Shown piece after piece: positions 14,026-31,725 of a stretch of 64,000 nucleotides of DNA; positions within the stretch are counted from its first letter, which is position 1; each line of letters begins with the position of its first letter. Position numbers and translations under genes: made by a program. The notes below the pieces were generated by a model, which ran no database searches, was not told where the DNA came from, and saw only the letters and a list, made by a program, of their open reading frames with translations. The DNA is taken from NCBI RefSeq assembly GCF_009914755.1, contig NC_060941.1. One strand, written 5' to 3'. The DNA comes from the human T2T-CHM13v2.0 reference genome, Homo sapiens.

Positions 14026-14949
14026 TGTACTAAAACTGAAATCATACCAAGAGTGTATTCTTTAGTACTCCATGGATGTCTTCCTTCAAAGTTTAGCTAT
14101 TTAAGATTTATGTCATTATATAAACAATAGAGAATTACTCTGTTTCTGTTGATTGTTTTTTTTTTTCTTTCAGTGTTATCACCAGGCCAACTTTATGGGA
14201 ATTTGAAATACTAATAACATCAACAAATAACAATACATGGTTGGTATCTCTTTAATAGTTATCAATTGGGAAAATCAAAGTATTTACAAAATGTATGCAG
14301 GAAACCACTAAAACCTTCAGTGAGAGGAATATCAGATACTCTTATCCAGTACAGGTTATAAAAAGAATTGTATTCATTGAATATGTGTCAGAAACTATTC
14401 TAGAAACTTTACATAGAGCAGCCGAGTCTTCATGAGCACTCCATGAACAAAGTTTTATTATCCTCTTAGACTGAAGAAGACACTGAGACAAGAAGCGGTT
14501 AAATTACAGTATCAGGACCCCAGATGGCTAAAGCTGGAGCCTGAATCCCCTACCTGGGTGCCTATTTTTAGGTATTTAGGTATAACAACATGTTCTAGAG
14601 ATAATCAGTACACAACAGTGACAACATGACCTGGGGTACTTTTCCATACCCTCCTTGCCCCCCTTATCCCTAGTACAAGAGTTAAAAAACTCTCAGTGCT
14701 AAACACCCAGAAAGCTGAGAAAATTATGTGGGTGCACACAGGCACAGCTAAATCACTAGTGATTTCACAACCCTAGGAAATCTCTCTTAATATATTAGGC
14801 TACTGTGGGTTATTTAGTTTTTTTCATATAAACATACTAACAACATAGTTCATATTGCACTGCAGTCTGCTTTTGCAGTTATCAATATATCCTCAACATA
14901 TTCTCATGACCTTAAATGTTCTTCTAAATCAAAGGTCAGCAATGGATAG

Positions 14950-15588
<639 letters not shown>

Positions 15589-18500
15589 ATAAACACAGTT
15601 TTATTGCAACATAGCTATGCCTATTTGTTAACATATTATCTGTGGCTGCTTTTGCTAGCTGCTTTGGCCAAGTTCAGTAACTGTGACAGAGACCAAAACA
15701 TTTATCATCTTGCCGACTTCTGATTTCTAATAACTATGTCTAACATGATGGTAAACAGAATTCCACAAAAGTATTTAAACAAATAGTGATGTGACATTCT
15801 GTTTGATATTTTCCTGGAATAACAAAACTTCCCACTGCTTTGAGAAAAAAAACACTCGCCAATATTTTTATGATCAAATAAAAAATACATGAACATAGTT
15901 ACTTATCGTGGGCTTCCTAGAGGACCAATGTGTAGGATGATCATGTGATCTATCTCCAATGTGTAAACCAGACAGGATAACAATACCATATCTGGACTGT
16001 CTGCAATAAACTGAGATCTACAGTAACCCTCTTAATGTTCAACAATCCATTCATTATTTTCTCATTTTAACTAAGTCTCCAAATGCATTGTATTCTGGCA
16101 ACTGATGTTCCAATCTTCTCCCTCTTCTCTACTTTGCTTCTCTTTCCATCTTCATCTGAATCTTTCTTGAGGAAAAAGTTACTCGCATTCTAGATAACAG
16201 GACACCCCAACTCGCTCCTGATCGGTCTTCACCTGCACTTCCTGTGTTACAAACATAAAAATCCTGCACAATTTCACAACAAATTCCTTGGATCCTTATG
16301 CTTTCTCTCATAATTCCTGACAACACTCTCTATACAATTTGTTCACTATATAGTATATAAGTTTTATGTAGTGTTAGAGCCGTTAAAGTGAACATTTAGA
16401 GGGGGAAAAAAGGGGGAAAAAGTTAAAGAAACAGGGAGTTTCTTTCCAAAGAATGCTTCATGGTGGCTCCAACTGGGCCCCTACTCGGAAATGCTGAATC
16501 TTGTGTATGAACCCTTCAGTGGCAAAGGAAAACAGGCCACCCTTATTAGAAATTTTCTACAGCTAAAGATGTAACATCATAGCTAAATTCAGTTGGAGAC
16601 AGGTCGAGCAACAGAAACCAGGAGCCAAGGCAGTCTAGTCGGCTCTGAAATTTGATTCAGGCACCAGATTATGAATAGATTTAACTAGTTCGCCAAATGA
16701 AAATGTAGATTTTGGCACCGACTAAATTTTTTTTTTGCAGGGGGTGGGGGTATTCTATATGTGGAGTCCCAACACACACTGAGGGATATGAAAAAGAGCT
16801 TTTTATATTATATAACTATTCAGGGTATGTTAAGGGGAAAAACACAATTAACTCAATAAATGCCAAAAAAATGTTCAACCTCTTTTTACTACCTTATGCA
16901 TCCAAACTTTCTTTCTTACCTTAATTTATAATGCAAGCTTTTTCATTATTCAAAATGACACAGCACCACCCAGCCAACAATAACCAAGTAGTTACCTATG
17001 TAAACTTATTAAATTGCATACATCTGGTCCATTCCCTTTCTGTAGGCGCAGTGATATGACAAGAGCCGTAACTCCCATAGCAGGTAAGTAGCACATTGTC
17101 AGTAAGGATGTGGAAATCAAAGTTTAATTGTCCTGAGGTTTCTCAGATTCCTTTTCCTTTCCTGGTGAGGGTGGCAATGTGTGCCCCTGACACAATGCAC
17201 TCTAATTTCCTTCTATTTCCTTAGCATAGGCCCTCAAAGCCCCATTATTCCAGATTTTGCGATAAACAAATATTAAAACAAATAAAAAATAAATGAGCTT
17301 ACATGGGATACCTTTCTACCTCAACATTGCAACCTGCTTCCCCTCAATTTCCAGTCTTGCTTGCTTTGCTTTAATAAAAGTTTCCAAATGGTTCTTCTTT
17401 AAAACATACTTTTGCAACACCAAAAAAGCTAACTGCATTGAAGAATGGCTCTGATGTTGTTCAATGTGCGCAACACAGAATTCAATAAAAACACATTTGA
17501 TTTTAAAGGGATTTATTGCAAGACATATCTTTAGTAACTTTTGATAACTCTCTTTTACTTATAACATGGTGTTTCCAGATAGGTTGAAAGATAAACAAAT
17601 TTGCTTGTTGCGTGTGTGTGCATGTGTGTGTGTGTGTCCCTCAAGTGGAGTTAGTCTGGTAAGTTCAACAGAAGAACATGACTGTTAGTCTCTACCTGGT
17701 GAGCAAAGAAGACTGTCAGCCTCTGTGTGTCTAAAGGTAGTGTAGTGAGATAGAGGAAACCCAGGATTAAGTGTCAAATTCCGGCTCAACCATTCTACGG
17801 CTGCATGGCCTTAACGTAGGTTCCTAATATTTCTAAAACTCAGGTTTCTATCTCAACATTAAAATAATGATACTCATTTAATGAAATTTAAAAACATGGT
17901 AGTTATTCTGAGAAAGTTTCTGATTCAAAACACACTCAATGCGTGTAAGTCACTGAGTGAAATATAATGCACGGGAAATAGTTTTTACTCAAAAAAACTG
18001 ATCATTCAAGAGCAAGCACACAGTTTCAGGCATTTCTGACTTTAGTAGAGACTAATCCAGTCCAAATAAATAGAGTGGAGGAGGTTTCTTAGGTGTCATG
18101 TGGGAACCGTACTAATCAAGAAAGCTGCTTTGTCATTTAATTCAGCTTCTTCTTTAGGATGGGACATTTACTCCCAATAGCATTAAGAATTGACTGACAT
18201 CTGCTTTAAAATAAAACTAAGCTATATGAGTATGCCCACATAAATTGTCTAGACACCTAATATATTGTGATAGACCAATCATATTTCCAAATCCAGGCAA
18301 TAAACCAGATTATATCAGCATTTACTATGTCATTAGTCATTTGGGTAAGCAGCATGTATAGTCGTATATATGCCTATGCTGAAAGTAAATTATAGTATTA
18401 TAGTCTTAGTGTTAGAAAAGTCTTTGTAGTTTATCTAGTCCTGCTCTATATTTTGGTAAGAGACAAATCCTAACCACAGAGATAAAGTACTGTGCTCGAA

Positions 18501-18660
18501 GTAACAAAGTCAGGAAACAGAGATAAACAGTATTCTCAAGAGTTTTGTCTAATTGCTCATTTAACTTATAGCTAATGTTGAAATCCCTGCACATTCCTTT
18601 TTATGTGATCAGACAGTTCAACAAAAACACTTTCTGTATTGGAATTCGGCAATATTCTGT

Positions 18661-19053
18661 AAAGAAAATGTGGCACATACACACCATGGAATACCATGCA
18701 GCCATAAAAAATGATGAGTTCATGTCCTTTGTAGGGACATGGATGAAACTGGAAACCATCATTCTCAGCAAACTATCGCAAGGACAAAAAACCAACCACC
18801 ACATGTTCTCACTCATAGGTGGGAATTGAACAATGAGAACACATGGACACAGGAAGGGGAACATCACACACCGGGGACTGTTGTGGGGTGGGGGAGGGGA
18901 GAGGGATAGCATTAGGAGATATACCTAATGCTAAATGACGAGTTAATGGGTGCAGCACACCAACATGGCACATGTATACATACATAACAAACCTGCACGT
19001 TGTGCACATGTACCCTAAAACTTAAAGTATAATAATCAATTTTAAAAAAAAAA
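18661..19053 (+). mobile_element. L1PA (young, about PA3-5) 3' end, 5'-truncated
   Basis: ORF2 C-terminus (MWHIHTMEYHAAIKNDEFMSFVGTWMKLETIILSKLSQ), 3'UTR G-tract, A-tail. Confidence 0.95.
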
Positions 19054-21003
19054 TCTAATCTCTCCTAAACTCTGAAGTTAGTTAAGACCTTTGCAGACCT
19101 CATAACCTTTTAAATTCTGCTTTTTCTTTGGCAAGTTTAGGTTTTCTTGATTTAAAAATGTGATTAATTAAGATAAAAAATATTAAAAGGCACTCTCAAG
19201 CACCAGTTCCTAAGGACAAATGTGTAAATTAAGGCACAAGTAGCACAGACTATAGGAAGAGAGGGTGTGAAACAGACAGAGAGTCTGAGGAGAATATCAT
19301 CAGTTTTCTTCTGTGCATAACTTTGGTGTGTTACTCCTGGGAGGAGGCATATTTATTGTTTGCCTAAATTATAGTAAAATATTATTTTAAGGAAACAAAT
19401 TTCAACAGTAACAACATCTTATGTACTTTAAGTTGGGATGGTGGCATTTGTCAGAATGAACGTGTCTTGGTCGATGGGAAAAGAATGCTAGCAAAATAGT
19501 ACTAAATCCTGTACACAAACACGGTTCTCCCAAGATTTTGTGGTGTCTCCAAATCAGAAACAAGCTGAAGTGAGGAAGGTGTGTAGTGGAAATCAGGAAA
19601 GTCTCAGAGACCTAGCTGAACACTGAATGTGGGAGGAAAAACATTGGGTTGTGGCTACCTCTTAGGTATAGCAGGTTTGGTGTGTGTGGGGTTGAATGTG
19701 TGTGTATGTGCGTGGTGGGAGTGTTATAAGGGATGCTCCTATACAACATTCTGGATGTGTACACTTTAAGATAAAATAGAAATTAAAACTAATTTGGCTT
19801 AAGATCCACTGAACAGTCAATCCATACTTTAGTGGCCTTGAGAAGTAAAACCTTTGCTACAATGGAAGCTAATGTCTTAAAAGGACCAAAGAGTTCTTTA
19901 TGTAATCACTCAGAAGGAACCAGGGACTTATATTTTACAAAGAATATGTTTAACTTTGACCAGCATTAGTTTAATAAACACTGAAAATTGTAAATCTATT
20001 TCCTAACTTCAAGTGAAGTGTGGGAAGGGAGAATATGGCATTTCAAATACAGTAGAACCTACTAAATATGATTTAAAATTTTAACGTCTTAGGAAGACTG
20101 TTTTTCTCTTCATTCTTTATGCCTTGAAAGAAGATTAACAGGAACTTGATTTCCCCCTAGCAAAAAATATATATTGGAGTTGATCATATTACACTAGGTA
20201 TCTAAATAAGTGGCTTACATCTTATATTCTCACTAGGATACAGATATGCTGGCATTATCATTCAAACTATTACACTGTGCTATGATTGCAGAAATGCTGG
20301 TTGTCCTCATTAAAAAATATATTTCTATTTTTTTAAATACTCTAGAGGGTTCTGACAGTGAGAGAGGACTCAGAATTCACATAATTCAGTTAATAATAAA
20401 AACTGATTCTTAACAACTTGCCCGATCTAGGATGTTCACCATTGCTGATGAATTTTATGTTTTTTAAATATGTTTTTGTTTATTTGCAATATGTGTTTAT
20501 GGATGAAGCAAAACATTTATGCAAATAGATTGCCTCATGGATAGAGCTGAATGTATTTTCTGGAATACAGAGATGTTTTTGCAAAAATGATTGAGCTGGG
20601 TATTTTACCCATACATGCTTTTAAATACCACAAGTCTCTAGACCACGTATGTACAGATAGAAAAACAAACAAGAAACCTCTAGAGGTATATTTGGATTAC
20701 AGATGCCAGTGACTTGTGGTTGAATTTTACTCTGATTCCATTCAGGTATGTGATCTAGGAAGTAGTAAAAGATAGATGTTTAAAAAGTAAAATGCAATAA
20801 AGAAGAAAGTGTAAAGGAACAGCCGGACATATGCATATTTTCTGTCTATTAATGGAGATATTTTGATGAAAAGGGCCTAAGTATTTAGGGTATTTCATTA
20901 GCAGAGAAAATACACATGTCTTTCTTATTTCATTTCACTCGTGACACCATTGAGATTTTAGCCCAAACATCATGGCCACCTAATAGGCACCAGGGTATAG
21001 TTA

Positions 21004-21276
<273 letters not shown>

Positions 21277-21581
21277 CTAATCCAGGAATTTAAAAAAAGA
21301 TACACTATGTTTTCTTCTTACTTATTAATTTAGCAGGTTTTTATAGCAGATAAACACAAGCATAAAAGAAATGAAATTATCTTTTACCTTCACTTTTTAG
21401 GCTAAATTGAGTGAAAATACTGGGTGTAAAATAATGTGTCAGAACAAGCAATATGAGATATTTAACGAGGTGTAGTAATGTTACATAATATTGTAACATT
21501 GATACAGCTAAAGTACACATTCAGTGTGGCATATATTGTTAGTAGGTGTGAATGAGTTTAATATTTGTATGTTTGTATAAA

Positions 21582-23169
<1,588 letters not shown>

Positions 23170-23349
23170 TTGACCCCGTCTCCTAAAAAAGAAAAATCTT
23201 TCAATAGATAGAGATTTAAAATGGTTACAATGATATGCTTTATGTTATGTATATTTTACCACAATAAAAAGAATTTTTAATTTCCTTAGGGAAGTTACTT
23301 TACTCATTGAAAGCCATGAAGTTCACTTGTTACTGTTTGCATTTAGTTT

Positions 23350-24120
23350 GGGGTTTTCCCCCACCCTTGTAATTTCATTTTATTGGATATGTAAAGGATG
23401 AGCATACAATTAAAAGTCAAAATTGTATAGAAAGGTATACTCAAAGAAACATCATTTCCTCCCCTCCCCTGCAGCCCTACCCTTTCATCTCCTTCCCTAA
23501 TTAGTAACAAGTTTCATTCATTTGTATATTATCAGTCTTGTTTTTTTTTACAAAATTATACAGATATGTGTACATTTTCTTTTTTTCTGTTCTTTCTGTC
23601 ACAAAAGGTAGCATACTGCATATGTCCCTTTTCATTTTTCACATTAAAATAAATTCTGGAAACATCTCTCTTTCAGTTCATAGAGATGTTTCTCATTCTT
23701 TAAATCAGTTAATAGTACCCCATAGTATGCATGTACCATAGTTTATTCTACCAACTATTATTTTTCTTATCTACCTTAATGCTTAAATTATCTCAGACTT
23801 GGCCAGTGAAAGCAGTCTTTTTCATTCTACACTTTAGGTAGTTTACAATATTTTACAATGACAATACCGCAATGAATAACTTTTGCATATGCTTTTCCAC
23901 ATTGTTAAACATGTGTCTTCAGGGTATATTCTTAAACATGAAATCCACAGGTAAAAAAAAAAAATACATGCATTAGTAGTTTAGCTCAGTATTGCCAAAT
24001 TGTCCTCCATGGGATAATAGCATTTTATATTTCAACCAGCAATGTATGAAAGTGCCTGTTGCCTTACAATCTTGCCAATCTTGTCAAGATTTTGGATTTT
24101 TTGTCAATCTGATAGGTGAA
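23350..24120 (-). mobile_element. Old L1M (ME-like) fragment
   Basis: ccagcaatgtatgaaagtgcctgtt...aatctgataggtgaaaa typical antisense L1M. Confidence 0.6.
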
Positions 24121-24839
24121 AAAAAACTGAGGGAATTACAAGCTTCAAATAAATAAGAGATTATTTCCTAAATATCTCTCTAAGAAAAGAGATTATTAAA
24201 GGTCATGTCTCTAATTTCAAAATCTATGTCATGTGCATCTGTAGGTCTGCTTCTATGGATGCTTTTCAAAACTAAATTATAGATGACATTTTCCTGCTTC
24301 TTCACATGTCTTATACTTTTTATATTTTATGATATATATTATGGACAAAAGAGAAGAGACTGAATCAAATAACAATTGTCCCCAAAATGGTATACCTTTT
24401 TTTGTCAAACAGCTAAAGTGAAGGGGTAATCTCTTCTATCTCACTAGGAGTTAAGCTGGGTAGTGGATCAGTAGCAGCTTTGGTTAGTTCCAGCTCAGAA
24501 CTGGTTCTCTTGAGAGTGAGGTCAGACCCATTCCTCCATCAGGGCTCTACAAATGTTTCACCAAGCTCCTAAAGACTGTAAGATATATTTCTCCTTTCCA
24601 GCTTCTCCAGGCTCTTTGATCTCCTCAGGATGTCATCTGTGTGGTATTTGGGGTTCTGATTTAATGAACTTGAGTTATCTTTTAGTTTCAAGTGTTTTGG
24701 AGGTGAAGTCTGACCTCTCCAGTCCATGACACAGGCACAGTGGGACTAAGAGATAGTTCTAATCACCACTAACTCAGAAAAAGTAGGAAAGAATTGTTGA
24801 ATCTGGAGGGTCTAGCTTTACATTTGGGGCTAACTTTAC

Positions 24840-25330
24840 AGAGCCAGTTCCTCTGGCTGCTATAACAAGTTACTATAAACTTCATGGCTTAATACAACGC
24901 AGATTCATTATCTTGGAGTTTGGTAGATCAAAAGCCTGATGGAGATTTCACTGGACTAGGATCAAGATGTCAGCAGGGTGCACTTGTTTCTGGAGGCTCT
25001 GAGGGAAAATCCATTTCCTTGCTTTTTCCAACTTCTAGTGCTGCATTCCTTAGCTGATGGCCCCTACCTTATTCCTCAGAGCCGACAATGTCAATGTGTG
25101 TCCTCACACTGCCATCTCTCTAGTGTTGTCTAATTCTCTCTTCAACCTTTAAGGACCTGTGTTATTACATTGAATTAACTAGAATAATCTCTGCATTTTA
25201 AGGTCAGCTGATGAGTTGCCTTAATTCCATCAACAACCTAAATTCCCCTTTGCCATGGAACCTAACATATTCAAAAGTTTCATGGATTTGAACCTGAATA
25301 TCCCTGAGGGGCTACTGTTCTACCTACCCT
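24840..25330 (-). mobile_element. MLT1 (MaLR) LTR
   Basis: ggctgctataacaa...tctggaggctctgagggaaaatcc...ttctacctacc. Confidence 0.75.
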
Positions 25331-25538
25331 GGTACCTTCCAGATTCTCTCTTGTCATTCCAGCCTAGGGTAAACCTTCAACAAGAGTCTTCTCATTATGG
25401 AAAAACCTCTGTGACTGTGGCTGGCCATTGCCCTACCCATGCCACAGGTCGAATTCTTGGGAAGCAGGCTCTGAGATGGAGCCCAATGTGCAGTATGTTC
25501 ATTGGACGTGCCCTTGGGCTCGTACCTGTGGAGGGAGG

Positions 25539-26333
<795 letters not shown>

Positions 26334-27845
26334 GGAGGATGGAATGCAGGACTGGACAGAAGGAGAAGTCGAGCTGCAATACAGGCCCAACTGCCTCAGC
26401 AAGCCACACAGAGAGCTATGTGACTGAAATGCCTGTTAGATTTTTCCTACATCGTGCAAAAATGCCCAGACCTTTATACTCCTGCCTCAGTCAGTCATAA
26501 AATGTGGCTGCTTTGGGAAGGGCAAGGTGACTCTGTAGCTGAAGCAACTTCTAGAGGGTTGACAGTGCTCCCAACAACAGGAGCAGCAGTGCTTCTTTGA
26601 AAGGGAATCTGGACGTTACATCTCCAGGTTCACTGGAATCTACTCTTGAGCTGCTAAAATCTGCTTCTTCATACACAGTCGGGAACAGCTCCTCCAACCT
26701 TACCTCTCATTATGGTACCATGCACCAGGCTTCTGACCTGCCATCTGTCTTTCTAGAGCCTTATCATCCGCAATGCTAGCCATGCCTCTTTCTATAATGG
26801 CTTCCCACCAGCCATGGTCTGCAGAGAGGGGACACTGCTGAGTTTCTTAGTGATGCAGTGCATTCCTGATGACCTCAGTAAATAGCAGAACTTCCATGCC
26901 TTATATCCAACGTGATCATCTGTTGAGTTTCTTATCCTTACATAATATATCCACTCCGGCAAGCCCTGTACCCTGAGTTCTTTAGCCCTTCCTCCACTGT
27001 CTGCTACAGTAGTTCTGGCATTTTCCCTCAGTTAGCCTAGGGAAGCGAGGAGGTGCAGGCCATCATTTTGTCCATGCTTCTAGGAGTCCTTGCAGGGTAG
27101 TAAATTCTGTATCTTGGAAGAGTGCAAATAAATTATAAACTCTCCCTTATCCAGTCTTACGCTCAGAGCTCCCCTTGTCAAGCACACTCAGAATCCAGCC
27201 CCACACATGCGCCCCTGGCTCCTGCCAGAACGCACTCTCTGGGAATGGCAATCCTTTGTGGTATAGGCCTTTTCCTCCATTTTCAGGCCCTGTATTGTCT
27301 GTATTTTCAGCCTAAGACATCCTGTGACCTCTCCCTAGTGATACACCTAATGGCAAGGGAGGAGGGAGGGGTCGGATCCTCAGCCACATCCCTGCCTCAC
27401 AAGGGAGAGGCCTTTGGATTGTCTACAAGGGAAGGGGATCTTTATGGGGAAGGGGTTCTTCATGGGGAAGGATGGGCCCCTTCTGAAGGCCCAGAACTTT
27501 CTGGGAAGTGTACATATTTAAGGTTTTCAGGGTTCAGGGTTTTCAATGTAGATATCTCATCCCATATGTCAGTGTCTCATTCTTCTGACCTTGGCATTTC
27601 AAGCCTGCATGGCTGGAAGTTTAACTTTAGGTGCTCTGCTGCTCTGATGATTAAGTCCTGGGCCCCATCTTCAGCTTTCTCTGCACTTTCACTGCAGACT
27701 ACTTTGCAGAGCCTCCTTGCTTCCTACAAAAAAATACCCTGATGTTTACACTGGTCTTTCAATTGCCAGTTAACTGCTTTTAGTCTTTCCTTATCTTTTT
27801 CTAAGTGTCAAATGAGTTTAGCAACAGACATCTAATCCCTCTGTC

Positions 27846-28112
<267 letters not shown>

Positions 28113-29051
28113 CCATTGTCTTTTTAGTTACTATTTCTCTGGTCCTTTCAAAGGCTGGCTGATGCATTTCACCAGCTAGAACTTTCCCTTCTGTGTGTAC
28201 CATCAGCATTCATCACTAGTGAAAGTTTTCACAACTGGACTGTCACCTTGTGCCACAAGCTACGTGCCACTTATCACCAAGGATAGGGTCCTCACTGCCA
28301 CCTGGGAAGAAGGCAATTGAGCTCCAAAACCCGACTTGAATATTCGCTTTCTTGGACACTCCAGGCATTAACTGCCACAGGTGAAGTTCCCCAGGCAGCA
28401 ATCTCTGAGACAGTCTAATGGATAGAATGTTTATTAGAAACCAACATCCGTGGAAGGGAGAAGGAAAAAGCAGATTTAGGCAGAAAGGGAAGTCAACCTA
28501 CAATGTAGACCCAATAGCCTCAACCAACCCCACAAAGAGTTCGAGAATAAAATGGCCAGTCACAATTTTCCTGGGTTGGGCCAAAATGTCTCAGTCATTG
28601 GATATGGACCACCCCAAGAAAAGCATGCTTTTGAGCGAGTTGGCTTTCTGCAGCTGAAGCAAACCCTGAAGGGATTAATAGCCAAAATCTGTCATCTGAT
28701 GGCATTCCCAACCGCTGCACCAACAGGTCTTACTTCAAGGGGCTTTTGCAGGGCACACACATGCCATCAGATAGGACAACTACCCCTTCCCCTCACGTGA
28801 AAATGACTGCTGGGCATTCCTCAGCCGGAAAGAGCTTGCCCTGATCTGCAACATCAATCATTTAGACCTCATTGTGTCTACAGACCTTCAATGTCATTAA
28901 AGAAGAGGAATTTTTAGTTTAACATCATTGTTTGGGCAGAAACAATGATGTTTCACAGTTTCAACAGCCTAATCGGTAGTGAAATCCCTTCAGCCTTTGA
29001 ATTCTTAATTTCAGTTTTTCTATCTTTTGGTTCTATAATCCCATTTAATTC

Positions 29052-29626
29052 TTTTTTAAAAAATTTTATTTTTCCTTAAGTTATTGGGGTACAGGTGGTA
29101 TTTGGTTACATGAGTACGTTCTTTAGTGGAGATTTGTGAGATCCTGGTGCATCCTTCACCCGAGCAGTATATACCGCACCATATTTGTTGTCTTTTATCC
29201 CTCACCCCCTCTCACTCTTCCCCCCAAGTCCCCAAAGTCTATTGTATCATTCTTATGCCTTTGCATCCTCATAGCTTAGCTCCCACATACCAGTGAGAAC
29301 ATACACTGATGTTCTCCATTCTTTGGTTTTCCATTCTTGAGTTACTTCACTTAGAATAATAGTCTCTAATCTCATCCAGGTCATTGCAAATGCTGTTAAT
29401 TCATTCCTCTTTATGGCTGAGTAGTATTCCATCATATATATGTGTGTGTATATATGTTCCATCATATATATATGTATATATATTTATACATCACATTTTC
29501 TTTATCTACTCGTTGATTGATGGGCATTTGGGTTGGTTCTACGATTTTGCATTTGTGAATTGCGCTGCTATAAACATGTGTGTGCAAGTATCTTTTTCGA
29601 ATAATGACTTATTCTCCTCTGGCTAG
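29052..29626 (-). mobile_element. L1PB 3' end
   Basis: ttattggggtacaggtggtatttggttacatgag; ORF2 tail MEYYSAIKRNELTAFAMTWMRLETIILSEVTQEWKTK. Confidence 0.9.
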
Positions 29627-29819
29627 AACTTCCAGTCTGTGCTGATATTCACCATTTTGTCATTTCATTTCTTGAGTGCTTTAATCACTATTTTAACATT
29701 CTTATCTGATCACCTAAAGAGGGTGGGTTTAAACAGCATGGAAAGATTGGGGTCTAGGGAGAGGGCGTTAGAGATGACAAAGTGACAGTTCTCTGAGTAT
29801 GCCTTTTTGTATATGCACA

Positions 29820-30925
29820 CCCAATGAATTAACAAATAAAACCAACCATATTTTTTGGAAGAATCCCAAATGGAATACAAACAGTAACAAATGAACCTAT
29901 AACTATTACTAATAAATGACATAACCACAGTGAATGTGGTGGGAAGAAGAGAACAAACTTCAGTAACCAGTACCTGTACTGTAAGGCTGAAGACAAAAGA
30001 AGTTTGTGCAAATATTGTACTGTAGTTAGTAAACAAGTTAGTAACACAAAAGTTACTTTATATGTATTATAGGATTCAGAAAAATAGGTTAATTTGTTGT
30101 GGAACATGGGAGCCAGGTTTCATACTGTTGGAGAAATAGGTTATAAGTAAGGAAAGTTGGGAAGGCAAGAATAAGCCTTGTGGTGGACTGAAATCAGAGG
30201 TGTATGAATTTATTTTAAAAATCTAGACAGACAAATATGCATGTACATACACATATTTCCTAGCTCCACCAACTAAGAGGGCCTCAAAACAATCATATCC
30301 CAGGACCAAGGAGTATGTCAAAGACCCAAGTCTTGGTTTTTAAATATCTAAAGCCCAAGTCTTGGTTTTTAAATATCTTTTTCAAGTAAAATGGACCAAG
30401 ACTCCTTGGAGCAGGGAGTGGGATAGGGAAAGTATAAGATGAACCTGGAATGTCTTCTTGGGCTGAAAAATACAGAGGTTTTCAAAGAATTTTAGAGGCA
30501 TGTCTAATGACACAGGAGCCAACTGGAGGGAGCTCCCAATGGTAGAATGTGGGGCATTATGAACAACAAAATAAATAGTGATGGATTATAACCCATGCAA
30601 TAAATGTGGGTAAGTTCAAACTAATATAAATAATGGAACATATAAATAACCAAGGGAAAAAGAAAAGCTCTTAATTACCCTAGAACTCCAATTAATAAAC
30701 ATAGAAGGAACGTTGGAAATATAAAATCAGTATTTAGCGTGCACACACATAACAACTGTTAAAAGCAAGAATCATTAATAGATGTTAAAAATAATAGGAA
30801 AATTATAATGAGAAACAGGATATATGCATAGTCTCAAATTATTTTTCCACAATATACTTATTTGTTGTAAAAGGAAATACAGTAATCATAGTAGAGATAT
30901 CTGATGGATAACCTTAACCAATTTT
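29820..30925 (+). mobile_element. Old L1M (MC/MD-like) 3' region
   Basis: aaatggaatacaaacagtaacaaatgaacct, catatttcctagctc motifs. Confidence 0.6.
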
Positions 30926-31250
30926 GTGTGTGTCTGTACATATATAAAGCAATGTTTTATATATATATAAAACAATGTTTTATATACATATATAAAACAA
31001 TATTTATGTAGATGTTTATGTAATAATATATAACAAGTTATATATGGTTATATATGTATATGTATGTGTACATATACAAAGTTTATACATATGAAACAAA
31101 ATTATATATAGTTATATATAATTTTATTTTAATATATAATTTTATAATTATGTATATACTATTGTTTGATATGTATAAAATTTTGTATATGCACACATAC
31201 ATATACATATATATGTGTGTATGTCTATTTAATAAATGTGAATAATATAG
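30925..31250. repeat. (TA)-rich low-complexity tract
   Basis: Degenerate TATA/TACA repeats. Confidence 0.85.
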
Positions 31251-31323
31251 GCTTATGAATCTTATCTCAAAGCTAATTTTATTTGCCTTTTTATATTATA
31301 TCTCTGGATGCTAATTGGTTTCA

Positions 31324-31725
<402 letters not shown>

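Noticed and set aside
27122-27742. Longest ORF, 206 aa
   Set aside because: Antisense to a decayed ERVL gag region, non-ATG start, no recognisable protein
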